Positions 39,790-54,099 of a DNA stretch of 64,000 nt are shown here, in pieces. A program made the position numbers and the translations under genes. This DNA comes from Octopus sinensis (Eukaryota). The notes beneath the pieces are model-generated. The model had not been told where the DNA came from. It searched no databases and saw nothing but the letters and a program-made list of their open reading frames with translations. Numbering within the stretch: position 1 is the first letter of the stretch; the number at the start of each line of letters is the position of its first letter. Where the stretch lies: contig NC_042997.1 of NCBI RefSeq assembly GCF_006345805.1, forward strand, positions 174,840,001 through 174,904,000, written 5' to 3'.

Positions 39790-40760
39790 AAAGATGTTGA
39801 ACGTTTTGTGCGGGTGGAACGTTTTGTGATGGTGGTGGAAAGATTGAGGAACACTGCCGTCTATCATATAGTTCATTAACATCTACTTGAGAAGCGAAGA
39901 ACTAATATAAAGTTGTTTCGTGTTTATGGCTTATAATCTCTGTGTACAGCTCGGAACTGAACTCATTGTAAATTCTTCTTGTAATTTCTGTTACGCTTCA
40001 CAATTAGGGTTGTTATCAGCAGAAACTTGCAGACTTTCTTCTATAAGTGCCAACCCTTTCATAATATTCTTTGCAGATAATTTAAGTGGAATTAGTGGAA
40101 TTTCAGTATTTTCGTACGTATTCTCAGCATGATCTTATTCTAGTAGCATCAACTCATTAGATAAACATTCTCTATGGAACACTAGCAACTTAACCACTTG
40201 ACTTCTTCAAGCCTTATATCCTTTAAGTGTTTTAAAATATCTTAACGAATTTGATGTAGGCTTTCTACTGATGCAAAACATGACTCAGTGATATTACCCC
40301 CAGAATCCATTATGTTGAACTTCGAGAAGTTTCTAACTGTAAAGTAATCCTCCCCCAAGTCGTTTGTAACTTCTTATATTCTTTTAATATGCCTTTAACT
40401 TAGCTGTCACACCATGATACACTGGCTGGAGCATAGACATATTTTTGAGGATATATTCTACTTTCACTTTATCAGAAAGCTCACATAAGTTCACTGGGAA
40501 ATTTGGTGCATTGTCTAAAAGTAGCAAAACTTTGTTGGATCTGTACCTTTCTGCAGCAGGACAAAAAGTGTTTATAAGCAACTCTTTGGCGAAGCTTTCC
40601 GCCATAAATGCCTTCATATTTGAACGCTTGTCAAGTTAAACTTTGGAATCTTGAAGAGATGCATGAATAGGGGCTTTAATTTCATGTCACTAGCGGTCTT
40701 TTCTCTCAAAAGAAACGCCAGATGGTTTTGAAAACTTTAAATAAGTGGTTCTTAACAAGA
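39790..40760 (-). mobile_element. Decayed Tigger/pogo (DDE_1) transposase
   Basis: KLKPLF..; KVLLLLDNAPNFP..LQPVYHGVTAKLKAY; C-terminal KGLALIEESL. Confidence 0.8.
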
Positions 40761-41524
40761 GCCTATGTGACCTCTGGAAGTCCATTATCAGATTTTGTTT
40801 TTGCGTGGGGTGGAGTCCAAGCAAAATAGTAACTTAGGTCCACAATAGTATTTTAAAAGTAACTGAAAAGATTTACTATAGATGTATTTCTTACAAGAAA
40901 CAGCTAGGTTTTTTTCTCTAATATTTTACATAGCTTAACATGCTTCCAGCCACTGAAACATGTTCTCTTAGAGAGAGAACTATGGCAAACCTACGCAAGT
41001 TAACGTATGAAAAACAAAATAGAAATTTTGAAAGATGTATCTATAAAGCTGTTTTTCAAATATCGTATGGCTATGGGGGGGGGGGCACCAGAATAAAATA
41101 GTCATCACAATGCTTTAAGTCTTGATGTTAATTTTTCTTCTCGATAAATAAAAGATGTAGTAGGTATGACCTTTCAGAAAGGAGCAGTGTCATCAATATT
41201 GTATATATTTGCTCAGGCGTGTAGTAGCTCCCTCCAGCAATCATTTAGTATGAGTATTAGCACCAGCAGTTTCACCAGTCATTTTTATGTTGTGCAAATT
41301 CAAATGCTTCTTAAACTTTCCAAACCAGCATTTACTAACCACAAAAGGTTTTTTCTTCCCTTTTCTGAAAAGTGTCATGCAAACTTTTTGACATTTTGTT
41401 TTTTAATTTATTTAATTACTATCGTGCTTATCGGCACAATGCCAGGATTGATCAAGGTAGGTGTTGTGTCTTGGTAGCACTGTGCCTTTTAGGACTCGCA
41501 TCTCCAGATAAGCAGCCACTTTTT

Positions 41525-41958
41525 GGCAACTTCTGCAGTTTCTTATTTCTTTACTGCCCACAAGGGGCTGCATAGAGAGGGGACAAGCAAGGACAGACAA
41601 ACGGATTAAGTCGATGATATCGACACCAGTGCGTAACTTGTACTCATTTAATCGACCCCGAAATGATGAAAGGCAAAGTCGACCTCGGCGGAATTTGAAC
41701 TCAGAATGTAGCGGCAGACGAAATACCTATTTCTTTACTACCCACAAGGAGCTAAACACAGAGAGCACAAACAAGGACGGACAAAAGGATTAAGTCGATT
41801 ATATTGACCCCAGTGCGAAACTGGTACTTAATTTATCGACCCCGAAAGGATGAAATGCAAAGTCGACCTCGGCAGAATTTGAACTCAGAACGTAACGGCA
41901 GACGAAATACCGCTAAGCATTTCGCCAGGCGTGGTAACGTTTCTGCCAGCTCGCCGCC
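41525..41958 (-). mobile_element. Two SINE-B copies in tandem (partial + full)
   Basis: Consensus match on minus strand. Confidence 0.9.
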
Positions 41959-41993
41959 TACAACCAACTTGATGGGCAACTCGCCTACAACAA

Positions 41994-42216
41994 TAAGGCG
42001 GCGAGCTGGCAGAAACGTTAGCACGCCGGGCGAAATGCGTAGCCGTATTTCGTCTGTTGTTACGTTCCGAGTTCAAATTCCGCCGAGGTCGACTTTGCCT
42101 TTCATCCTTTCGGGGTCGATAAATTAAGTACCAGTTAGGTACTGGGGTCGATGTAATCGACTTAATCCCCTTGTTTGTCCCCTCTGTGTTTAGCCCCTTG
42201 TGGGTAGTTAAGAAAT
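41994..42216 (+). mobile_element. SINE-B, head-to-head with the preceding copy
   Basis: Consensus match. Confidence 0.9.
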
Positions 42217-42527
42217 CAACTCGCCCTACAACCAACTTGATGGCCTTCAGTTTACTGGCCCCTCCGATGATAAGCATGTTGTAAGCTCTGCAGGGAGACT
42301 GGCCACAAGATTCTCTTCTCTACATTCCACCTCGATGGAATCACACCTTGTTTGCCACCCATTGTACTGGCACAATTTCATCAGCTCAGCATATTTCCTT
42401 CTATATATAAATACATATACAATCATATATGTGTCGTTGCAAGAGAAGAGGCGTTGGTATTAGCGCCAATTTCAAGCGAAAAAGAAAGAGAAGAGAAACA
42501 TGTTCACTATTTGTGTGTGTATATGCG

Positions 42528-42588
<61 letters not shown>

Positions 42589-42787
42589 AATATCTGTAAA
42601 AGATTTTTCATTTAGATTCTTCTTCTAGCTTTAAGTTCTTCGTTTGGCTTACAAATTGTGCTTTTTGTGGGGTGGAGGTTTCTTTTTCTTTTTTGTACAT
42701 TTTCTTTTTCCATTTCAAATAATGTAAAAAGCAATCACGGGGTGGGAAGGAGTAGAGAAAAGACTGGATGGTGACGATAATGGTGAA

Positions 42788-42892
42788 GGAGAAGAAGAAG
42801 AAGAAGAAGAAGAAGAAGAAGAAGAAGAAGAAGAAGAAGACGAAGAAGAAGAAGAAGAAGAAGATGATGATGATGATGATGACGATGACGAC

Positions 42893-42945
<53 letters not shown>

Positions 42946-42973
42946 CGATGATGATTATGATGATAATGATGAC

Positions 42974-43032
<59 letters not shown>

Positions 43033-43083
43033 CGATGATGATTATGATGATAATGATGACGATGATGATGGCGATGATGATGG

Positions 43084-43149
<66 letters not shown>

Positions 43150-43215
43150 CGATGATGATTATGATGATAATGATGACGATGATGATGGCGATGATGATGG
43201 TGATGATGATGATGG
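42788..43215. repeat. (AAG)n(GAT)n trinucleotide tract
   Basis: Direct reading. Confidence 0.95.
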
Positions 43216-43329
43216 AAAGCGAGGAAGTGTGCGGAGAAGTATAGACGAAGGCGATCGGATGAAGTGATGCAATCAGCTATTTGGTGTGAACGAATGAACG
43301 AGCGAGCGAGCGAGTGAAAAAGTTCATTG

Positions 43330-43500
43330 ACATTGGTTGGTCAAGCTGGCTGGTCGATATGTATGACGTCACGGAAACGGCATCTCGTCCGCTGCATCGG
43401 TTGCTAGGCAACGTCACGTCACGTCACGTCAGACGTTCAGCAACCGCTTCAAGATTGATTGGGTTACCGTGTCACTTTTCGGAGGGTTGGCGGGGAGAGG
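43330..43500. promoter_or_regulatory. Promoter-like module: CCAAT, full CRE, RFX X-box, 4 CRE half-sites, CCAAT, GC box
   Basis: ATTGG 43332; TGACGTCA 43364-43371; GTTGCTAGGCAAC 43400-43412; (CGTCA)4 43412-43431; TGATTGG 43456-43462; GGCGGGG 43489-43495; locally CpG-rich. Confidence 0.65.
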
Positions 43501-43519
43501 GAGAGGGGTGTCGAAAGTT

Positions 43520-44631
43520 TGGGGGTGAGGTGAGGTGAGGTGAGGGCGACGGTGCTGGTGTTGGTTTTGGTGGTGATGATGGTGGTGGTAGTGGTTTTGG
43601 CGGCGGCGGTGGTAGTAGTGGGGGAAGTGATGATTTTGGAGGTGAATACATTTAATGGTGATGGCCTTAATCATGATGATTGTAACGATGGTTGGTGGAG
43701 TTGGTGGTGATGCTTGTAGTGGTGGTGTTGTTGTTGTTGATGGTGGTGGTGGTGGTGGTGGTAGTAGTAGTAGTAGTAGTTATGGTAGTGGTGGTAGTGG
43801 TAGTAGTGATGGTGGTGGTAGGAGTGGTGGTGGTGGTGGTGGTAATGGTTGTGGTGATAGCGATGGCGGTGCTGATTGTGGTGGAAATGATGATGGTGTT
43901 CATAATAGTGTTAGTGATGGTTTGGGTGATGTGCACGATGGTGGTGGTGATGGTGGTGGAGGGGGTGGGCTAGTGGCAGTGGTGGTTTTCATGGTGATGG
44001 CTGTGACAGTTTCGGTTGTGATGGTATCGCTAATGATGGTGGTGGCGATGGTAGGGCTGGTGGCGATGGTAGGGCTGGTGGCGATGATGGCATTAGCGGT
44101 GGTGGTGATGGTGTCGGAGGTGATTGTGGTGGAAATCATAATGGTATTGGAGATAGAAGTCGTGGTGGGGTGAGTGGGGTGTAGTGGTAGAAGTAGCTTT
44201 GTGGTAATATGAGAGTAGGTGGTAACGGAGCTGGCAGGGTTATTGTTGTCCGTGGTATGGTGGCGATGGTCGTGGCTGTGGTGATAGTGGTGGCGGTGGC
44301 GGTAATGGTGGCGGTGGCGGTGATGGTGGTGGTAGCGGGGGTGATAGTTGTAGCGATGTTGTCAGTCGCTATGGTTCTGATAGAAAATAGCGGTGGTAGA
44401 CAAATATGGCGATGTGGTGGCGATGGTGGCGACGGTGGCGACGTCGGTATTGGTGGTGGTGGCGGTGCTGCTGCTGCTGATGATGATGATGATGGTAGTG
44501 CTGGTGATGGTGGTGGTAATTAATGGTGGTGGTATTAGTGGTGGTGTTGGTGGTGACGGCGGCGGCGGCGGTGTGATGCATAAATAGCAGTAAGGCAGTG
44601 AACTGATTGGCTCCGTGTGTGTGTATGTGTT

Positions 44632-44677
<46 letters not shown>

Positions 44678-46400
44678 TGTGTGTGTGTGTGTTGTGTGTG
44701 TATGCTGTGTAGTGCGGACAGCCAGCCATGAAGGTGTGGGGGTGACAAAGAATGGAACAGAAAGAGGACAGAGAAACAGAGAATGTGCGACAGACAGACA
44801 GACAGTAAGAGAGAAAGGGAGAGAGAGAGAGAGAGGGGGGGGAGAAAGTGAAAGATAAGGAAAGTGAGAGAGAGAGGGAATCGTCTGGTGTTTTGGCATG
44901 GATGGATGAGGAGAAAGGTAAGAGTGCCATGTTGGATGTGGCTGCAAGAGGGGAGTTGGTGTGACACAGACATAGCAACAGCAGCAATTACAACATCAAT
45001 TGTTGTTGTTGTGTTGTTGTTATTGCCGTTGTCACTGGCGTCGGTGTTGTTGTTGTTGCTGTTGTTGGCGTTGTTGTGGTGGTTATCATTGTTATTATTG
45101 CTGCTGCTGTTGTAGTTGTTGTTGCTACTACTGCAAGCAGAAATAAAAAAATGTCGGCAAATCATAACATCTGTTGTTGTTGTTGTTGTACATAGTAATG
45201 GTGGTGGTGGTGGTGGTGGTGGTGGTGGTGATGCTGCTGCTGATGGTGATTGTAGTGGTGGTGGTGGTGGTGGTACTGGTGATAGTGCTGGTGGTAGAGA
45301 TGGTGGTTGAGGCAGTGGTGGTGCTGGTGCTGGTGCTGGTGGTACGAGTGTTAGTGGTACGAGTGTTGGTGGTGCTGGTGCTGGTGTTGGTGGTATGTGT
45401 GCTGCTGCTGGTGGTGGTAGAGATGGTGGTTGAGGCAGTGGTGGTGGTGGTGCTGCTGCTGCTGCTGGTGGTACTGTTGGTGGTGGTGGTAGTGGTGGTG
45501 CTGGTGGTACTGTTGTTGGTGGTGTTGTTGGTGCTGGTGGTACTGTTGGTGTGGTGGTGGTGGTGGTGGTGCTGCTGGTGGTGGTGCTGGTGCTGGTGCT
45601 GGTCCTGGTGCTGGTGGTGCTGGCGGTGCTGGTGCTGGTGCTAGTGCTGGTGCTGGTTGTACTGTTGGTGGTGTTGTTGGTGGTGGTGGTACTGGTGGTG
45701 GTGGTGGTGGTGGTGGTACTGGTGGTGCTGGTGGTGCTGGTGCTGGTCCGGGTGCTGGTGCTGGTGGTGGTGCTGGTTGTACTGTTGGTGGTGTTGTTGG
45801 TGGTGGTGCTGCTGGTGCTGCTGGTGATGCTGGTGGTGGTGGTGCTGGTGGGGCAGTTATCGCTGCTGCTGTTCTTTATATGTCTGTATCACTCCTTCAC
45901 TAATATTGTGTTAATATTGTTGATGTTGTTATTGTTGTCACTATGGCCGTTATTATTGTTGTTGTTGTTGATATATTTTGCTTGTTTATTTTTTCTTCTG
46001 TTTTTTTCTTTTGTTTCTGTTTTTCCTGCTTTATTTTTCTTTTTTTTTTTTCCAAATTATTAGCAGTATCAGCAGCGGCAGAATTAGAAATTACTGTAAT
46101 CACATGAACAACAACAACAACAACAACAACAGCAATAATAGCATCTGTAACAACAACAACAACAACAACAAGAACGTCTTCGTGATCTTCATCAATCACA
46201 CACATCTTCTAGGCAGGAGAAGCTAGAACACTAAGCCATGACAGTGAAACAACGATGAATGTGAGTTACAGCAAAGACTGCAATTACAACAAGCAAACGG
46301 CCACAAGATAAAACAAAAGCAATAACAAAACAACAACAAAAACACGACGACGACGACGACGATGACGATGATGATGACGACAACGACAACGACAACTGCA
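43520..46400. repeat. ~2.9-kb GGT/GCT/GTT mosaic low-complexity region
   Basis: Direct reading; source of the poly-V/L/T ORFs. Confidence 0.9.
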
Positions 46401-46589
46401 GGGCCGAACCAAAGAAAGTTCTACATGGACGCTCGATGAGCAAGAAAAAACAACTTGTGCTCGTTGGAATCACGTCTTATTGTCTTAGGATTTGGTACGC
46501 TGGATAAAGCTGTCTTGGATGGATTCTCTGCACCTTGGATTAAATGGATTTGTCAAGGCTAGAGTGGCTTTGAGCACGATCTTTTTTTT

Positions 46590-46980
46590 CCTACTCTAGG
46601 CACAAGGCCCGAAATTTTGGAGGAGGGTGCAAGTCGATTAGATCGACCCCAGTACGCAACTGGTACTTAATTTATCGACCCCGAAAGGATGAAAGGCAAA
46701 GTCGACCTCGGCGGAATTTGAACTGAGAACGTAGCGACAGACGAAATACCTATTTCTTTATTACCCACAAGGGGCTAAACACAGAGAGGACAAACAACGA
46801 CAGACAAACGGATTAAGTCGATTATATCGACCCCAGTGCGTAACTGGTACTTAATTTATCGACCCCAAAAGGATGAAAGGCAAAGTCGACCTCGGCAGAA
46901 TTTGAACTCAGAACGTAGCGACAGACGAAATACTGCTAAGCATTTCGCCCGGCGTGCAAACGATTCTGTCATCTCGCTAG
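46590..46980 (-). mobile_element. SINE-B tandem pair (partial + near full)
   Basis: Consensus match. Confidence 0.85.
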
Positions 46981-47234
46981 ATCACTACTGATCTGGAGTT
47001 AAACAACGACGCGGGATGCCTGTACATGGTATTCCGAGTCTGCTAGATATAGCAGCCAAATATCCTTTGTTTCACGCCTTGGATTTGTCACGGCTAGAGT
47101 GGTTTTGGGCATGTTTGCTTGATCTCTACTGATCTGGAGTTAAACAACAACGCGGGATGCCTGTACATGGTTTCCGAGTCTGCTAGATATAGCAGCCAAA
47201 TATCCTTTGTTCCACGTCTCCTACCATATTGGTT

Positions 47235-47446
47235 TCAGATTTTGGCACACGGCCAGAAATTTCGGGGAAGAGGGCAAGTCGAGTACATTGACCCCAGTAC
47301 TCAACCGGTACTTATTTTATCGACTCCAAAAGGATGAAAGGCAAAGTCGACCTCGGCGGTATTTGAACTCCGAACATAAAGACGGACGACATACGGCTAA
47401 GCAATTTTTTCCGGCGTGCTAATGATTCAGTCAGCTCGCCGCCTTA
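47235..47446 (-). mobile_element. SINE-B variant
   Basis: Meta-like block and GGCGGCGAGCTG head on minus strand. Confidence 0.8.
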
Positions 47447-49621
47447 AATATTTCCTTCCATATTAAATAGGAAAAAGTATATCTGATATAAGGCGTAGTG
47501 GCCATGGACAGAGTGTACTTGATCATAGATCTTTTCATTCAGGCTTGACCTTGGGGGTTAAACACCACTAACAACAGCTACAACAACGACGAATTTGTCA
47601 AATGCATTAAAATCATGGGCAACAGAAATCACTATAGCAGCAATAAGAAACGAAACAACGACGACGACGATGACAGCAATGCCAACAACAATAACAAAAA
47701 CAGAACTCGATGACAACAACAATGAAAACTAAAGCAATGACAACGTCGGAGACAATAATAATTGAAGCAATAACAACAGAAATAATGATTTCTTATATTG
47801 GCAAGACGCTACCAATTTTCACTGCAGGAAAGACTTAACGTATAGTTTCGGTCGACCCAAGCAAGCAACACCTTCTCTCCCTCTCTTAATCCTCATCTTC
47901 TCCTTCTTCCCATCAACCGATTCAGTGTGTAAGTTCTAATTGTGCCTACGTGATCACTCGAAATAGCAGTTAAAAATATCTCAAATCTCTCGTTGTCTTA
48001 AAACCGCGAAGAAACCTTGTATCAGGAGTATCAAATTCGTTTGGCTTTTCTGGCAGATTTGAATCATAAACTAGACCTCAGCGTTTGGATAAGGATAATT
48101 ATTCCTAAAAACCTAAAATCTCTATTCATAATGAAGGCTAAAATAAGTTGATAAATTGGTAAATATACATTATAGCATCTTCATCAACAATAAAAAAAAG
48201 AAAAATATTTGAGTGCAGAGACGGAAGAGAAATGTCCATATGACATAGGTACAGCCCGCTTGGGTAAGACGCCTTGGAGTGAGAAGAGAGGTAGAAATAG
48301 TCCAAATAAATGATAGAAGGCTTTCACTATTTCACCTGCAAGACCTTTCCACATTGCTCATATTAGAATTCATTTGCACGAAGCGTGGACAAATTTTGAA
48401 AAGCAAAAGACTTTCACTTTAGCTCGGTGTGTATAGACAAAGTGAAAAAGAAATAGGTCGCATCTTTAAAATTTGGAATCATAAGTTTCTTTTTCACTAG
48501 CTGAAATATAAAAAAAAGGGTTATTTAAGATGCACTATTACAACTCTAGTCGGGTTTCGACTCAAAATGTATATTGGTGTGTATGTATGTATGTGTATGT
48601 ATGTATGTATGTATGTATGTCGCCATGATAGATCGTTAGCCACTGCACACATTTTTTTCTCTCCTTGTTTCTCTCTTTGTTTTTTCTGTGTCCCTTTCTG
48701 TAGAAGAGCGCAGGCTCGAAACGTAAAAGACTTTTTTCTATTCCTGAGCGTTATACTAATACATCTGTTTGTTTTGTACACCACCTGTCTTCGTCTTTTG
48801 TTTTTTTCGTAAACTCTCCCTATGTATGTATGTATGTATGTATGTATGTATGTATGTATGTATGTATGTATGTATGTATGTATGTATGTATGTATGTATA
48901 TATGTATATGTGTATATGTATGTATGTGTGTGTATGTATGTGTGTATATGTATGTATTGATGCATGCATGCATGTATATTACTGAATATTTTAAAATTTA
49001 AAATTAATGATAATATTCATATAAAGTAGGCCGTAAGTTTGACACTCCTGGCTTAGATGATGTAGCACTGCGGCACATTGTCATTTATCTTTTCCCTTGT
49101 ACTTGTTTTACTCATTTGGCTGCGGCCATGCTTGACGCCGCCTTAAAGGGTTTTTGTCGAACGAATCGACTCCATTACTTAATTTTTTTAAATTTGGTAC
49201 TTACTTTATTGGTCTCTTCAGCCAAAACATTCAGTTACGGCGGCATAAACAAACCACGCCGGTTGTCAAATGGCCGGTGGTACAAACACAAACAATCAAA
49301 ATGGTCGTGACTGGAACACCTTTCATCATTTGTCTACTTGCCCAGGGCTAACCTGGCGATTAAACAATAAATTTGACAAAGAATTGTACGCAGGTTGCAT
49401 AAATTGCAAGAAATGACAGCCAAATCTCCTTCAAATTACAGCCACCCGTTTTCAAAAACAGAAAGCAGTGGAATTCAAGGTATAGAAAAACACTGTTCGA
49501 TCATGGCTAAATTACCTTCGATCATGGGGCCGCTTAACCAAGCTGACCAGAAGTTAAGCTACAGAAATACTTGCTTTTTACACTTGAGAATTTGTTAAGG
49601 GATTGAATTTTAGGTAAAGTT

Positions 49622-50115
49622 TTCGGGATGTCTCCTCAAAGACATACAGCATCTCGAAAGAGTCCAGAAGCTGGCTACCCGCATGGTTCATGGTCTCAAA
49701 AATTTGTCTTATGAAGAAAAGCTGAGGACGCTCGACCTTTATTCTCTAGAAAAACGCCGCCGCCGTGGTGATCTCATTCTCGCTCACAACATCATAAGCG
49801 GAAAGTGTAACCTCTCGAAAGAGCTGTTCTTCACTCCTGCTCCAGAGCGTCGGCTGCGGGCTCATTCCGAAAAGCTCTACCTGCGACGATTTCATCTCAA
49901 TCGAAGGAGAGGAGCTTTCTCCGTCCGGGTTGCGGATCCGTGGAACAAGCTACCAGACGAGATGGTGAAGATGCCGACGACCGCTTTGTTCAAAGTCTCC
50001 CTTGACCTTAAGTGGCCTGAACTCTTTTCATGAACACCACCCTGTAGTTAACTCTATGTCCCCCCTACATGGCCTTGCTATTTGTTTTTGAGCCAAAATT
50101 AACGAACTAACTAAA
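49622..50115 (+). mobile_element. 5'-truncated CR1-clade LINE (ORF2 C-terminus + 3' UTR)
   Basis: KDIQHLERVQKLATRMVHGLKNLSYEEKLRTLDLYSLEKRRRRGDLI..FSVRVADPWNKLP..FKVSLD; (AACT)n tail. Confidence 0.9.
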
Positions 50116-50694
50116 ATTACGTTAAAGTGGTTTCGAATCGTGTAATATAATAACTACATTCATGAATCTATACATGGTACTTATTTCAAACACAAAAGAA
50201 TGGTCCAGTGAGAGGTAAGTATCCTTGTCGTCCTACTGCCTCATTTCAGAAAACTTGAATTCAGTATAACGAAGTAATAAAATCCTCATACCTACATAGA
50301 GTATCTACTTAAAAGCTAAGGGAGTTTAAGTCAGTGAGGTTTAGTGCCTTGGTCATTTCATTGCCCGATTCAAGAGACTTGCATTCAGCAAGCAAATTAA
50401 TAAAATGCTCATATCTCCTAAGGATATTTAGTCGTATTTAAAGCAAGGGAGTCTGATCCGACGACAGAAGTATGTCCCCATCATGAATTGAGAGCAGTGC
50501 TAGAGATTAAATAGGAAATATTGCTCCTTCTCTGATAAGCCTACACCTGTTTGCATTACTTCCCAAATAGTCTGTCAGCACAATGATATGTTGTGACTGT
50601 GTGGTGTGAAATCTATCAGTGTGAACAATAACGAATATAGTTTTCTTAATAAAATTAATTGAAAAATTAATGAAATTCGCGTGATTGTAAGGCG

Positions 50695-51300
50695 AAGGTA
50701 GCGGCAGCGGCGGCAGCGACGGTAGCGGTGGTAGCGGCGGCAGCGACAGAAGCGGCTGCATCGGCTGCAGCGGCGGCAGCGGCTGCATCGGCGGCAGCGG
50801 CGGCAGCGGCGGCAGCGGCGGCAGCGGCGGCAGCGGCGGCAGCGGCGGCAGCGGCGGCAGCGGCGCAGCGGCGGCAGCGGCAGCGGCGGCATCGGCGGCA
50901 GCGGCGGCAGCGGCGGCATCGGCGGCAGCGGCGGCAGCGGCGGCAGCGGCGGCAACGGCAGCGGCGGCAGCGGCTGCAGCGGCGGCAGCGGCGGCAGCGG
51001 CGGCAGCGGCGGTAGCGGCGGCAGCGCGGCAGCGGCGGCAGCGGCGGCAGCGGCGGCAGCGGCGGCAGCGGCGGCAGCGGCGGCATGGCTGGAAGTGGCG
51101 GCAGCGGTGGAAACGGCGAAAACGGCGAAAACGGCGGTGGCAGCAATGGCGGTTGTAGCGGCGGCTGCAGTTACGGCGGCTGCAGTTGCGGCGGCTGCAG
51201 TTGCGGCGGCTGCAGTTGCGGCGGCTGTGGTTGTGGCAGCGGCGAGTGTGGTTGACGCTGCGGCAGCGGTGACGGCCATTACTGGACGGTGGTGATGGTG
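50695..51300. repeat. GC-rich (GGCAGCGGC)n minisatellite and derivatives
   Basis: Direct reading. Confidence 0.9.
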
Positions 51301-51417
51301 GCTGGGTGATGGTGATGGTGGATAGGCGCTTGTGCTGTTACTGTTGTTGTAGGTGGTCATGGTGGTGACAGTTACTGCTACGGCTGCTACAGCTGCTGTT
51401 AGTACTTCTACTGCTGC

Positions 51418-51448
<31 letters not shown>

Positions 51449-51781
51449 GGTAGTGGTATTAGTTATACCCCTTGTCAAGTCTGATCAAGAAGACCTTCAG
51501 CCAACGCCTTTTAGACAATTTATCTGGGTCTGCGTTATCCAATGCATCTTACCTTTTTCTTCAACCTTGCAAAATTTGATATAAGTAGAATGTGACCTAT
51601 TTCTAGCACGTCGAGCACCTACGTGGAGACTACTTCGGTGGCTTTTTCAAGATTTTTGTTTCACTCAAGATTTTCTGCAAAACGACTAATTATCAAACTA
51701 TAACACCTTTGAGAAAACTACTTAATTATATAACTTCATATCTCTTTTAAACTTTGACAACATCTACGGGGTTATAAAGAG

Positions 51782-52445
<664 letters not shown>

Positions 52446-52933
52446 TAAGAGAAGATGCTCTCGATGCGTATTTTGAGAGAGATTTGGCTGTTATTTCTAG
52501 CCAGCCGGCGACCAACCACAATAGACTACCTCTTTGGTTTCTGCTTCTTCCCATTGTGTGGTTGGTTCATACCAAAAATAAGATTTCATTTGACAGTTCA
52601 CTTAAGTACGCGTTGGAGCAGAATTTTCTTCTCTATCGCTTGTACCAAGTTAATCAATATAGATTTTCGATAATCTGCACTACATCGAGTTAGGTAGAAT
52701 GAAATTAGAAAATAATAGAATAAAATACTCAAAACAATAATGCGGATTAAAGATTTTGATCGAATACCTGAATTCATACTAGTTAAAGAAATCATTTTAT
52801 TAAATTAACAAATTACTCGAAGCAAAAGATAACTCAATTTGTACATTAAATACATACTCTTCCGATCACTATATGTCAGTGATTAAGAATAAGCAATCAA
52901 GATATATTTGTATGAGTGTGTATAGGTGTATAT

Positions 52934-52971
<38 letters not shown>

Positions 52972-53679
52972 GTATATGTATGTATATGTGTATGTCTGTG
53001 ACTGTCCATCTGTCCGTCTGTATGTATGTATAATTGTACGTCCGTATGTATGTATTTACGTGTGTATGCATGTATATATACATGCACGTATGTGTGTATT
53101 ATGCATGCATGCCAGTATGTGTGTATATATGTTTGTATGTATGTATATATGTGTGTGTGCATGAATGTATGTTTATGTGTTTGTATTGTGTATATATGAG
53201 AATATATGTGTGTGTATGGTTTTTTTCTGTGTTATGTGTGTATATATATAAACAGAGGAGACAGGAAAATGGACGTTTATCAACAAGAGCAGTGCTTTTA
53301 AGCGCCAGAAGGAGAGAAAAAATATATCTTTTTTAACATGCAATCTCCTCAGTTTAGAGACAGAGAAAGAGATACAGTAGAAGAAAGAGAAAGATCGTTA
53401 AAGATATGAAACATTCTCAGCCTTTAGTCAAAGACATTTTCCTAATGTAATTATTTAAAGGCAGAAGAAGAAGGAGGCGGTAAGATGAGACTGTGTGTGG
53501 CAGGGGAAGACAAAATGCCTAGAGCTATTCAGTAATGTCCCCTTACTTTCTGAGTTGAAGCCAACATTAGATTTCATCCTTTTGCAATCGATAAAATAAG
53601 TTGCACTCAATACTGCTGCGAAAAGTACGGATTTGATTAAGTCGATTACACATTTCTCGCTCAAAATATTTGAGCTCTC

Positions 53680-53795
53680 GTATCAAGAGTGATACCGGAA
53701 TGGACATAGCCAATCTGAAAGAAGCGGCCCAGGATAGAACTGACTGAAGGACACTGATCCAACGAGTAACCGAGAGTCGACTTCGACTAGATAAG
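53680..53795 (+). mobile_element. RTE-like LINE 3' end fragment
   Basis: MDIANLKEAAQDRTD*RTLIQRVTESRLRLD resembles the RTE ORF terminus. Confidence 0.6.
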
Positions 53796-54099
53796 CTTAA
53801 AACTTAGTCACGGACTAACAAATACCAGTTTCTCCTCAACAAAATATATTACTTTTTACCTTTTACTTGTTTCAGTCATAAGACTGCGGCCACGCTGGGG
53901 TTCCGTCTTGATTTTTTTTTATTGAATGAATCTACCCCAGTACTTATTTATTTTAAGACTGGTACTTATACTATCGGTCTCTTTTGCCAAGCTGCTAAGA
54001 TACGGAGACATAAACACAACAATACCGTCAACTTTCCTAAATCGTACAAAGGCGCATGCGCACTTTCAGTGTGTCGACGAGACATTCGAAGCTCACGGT

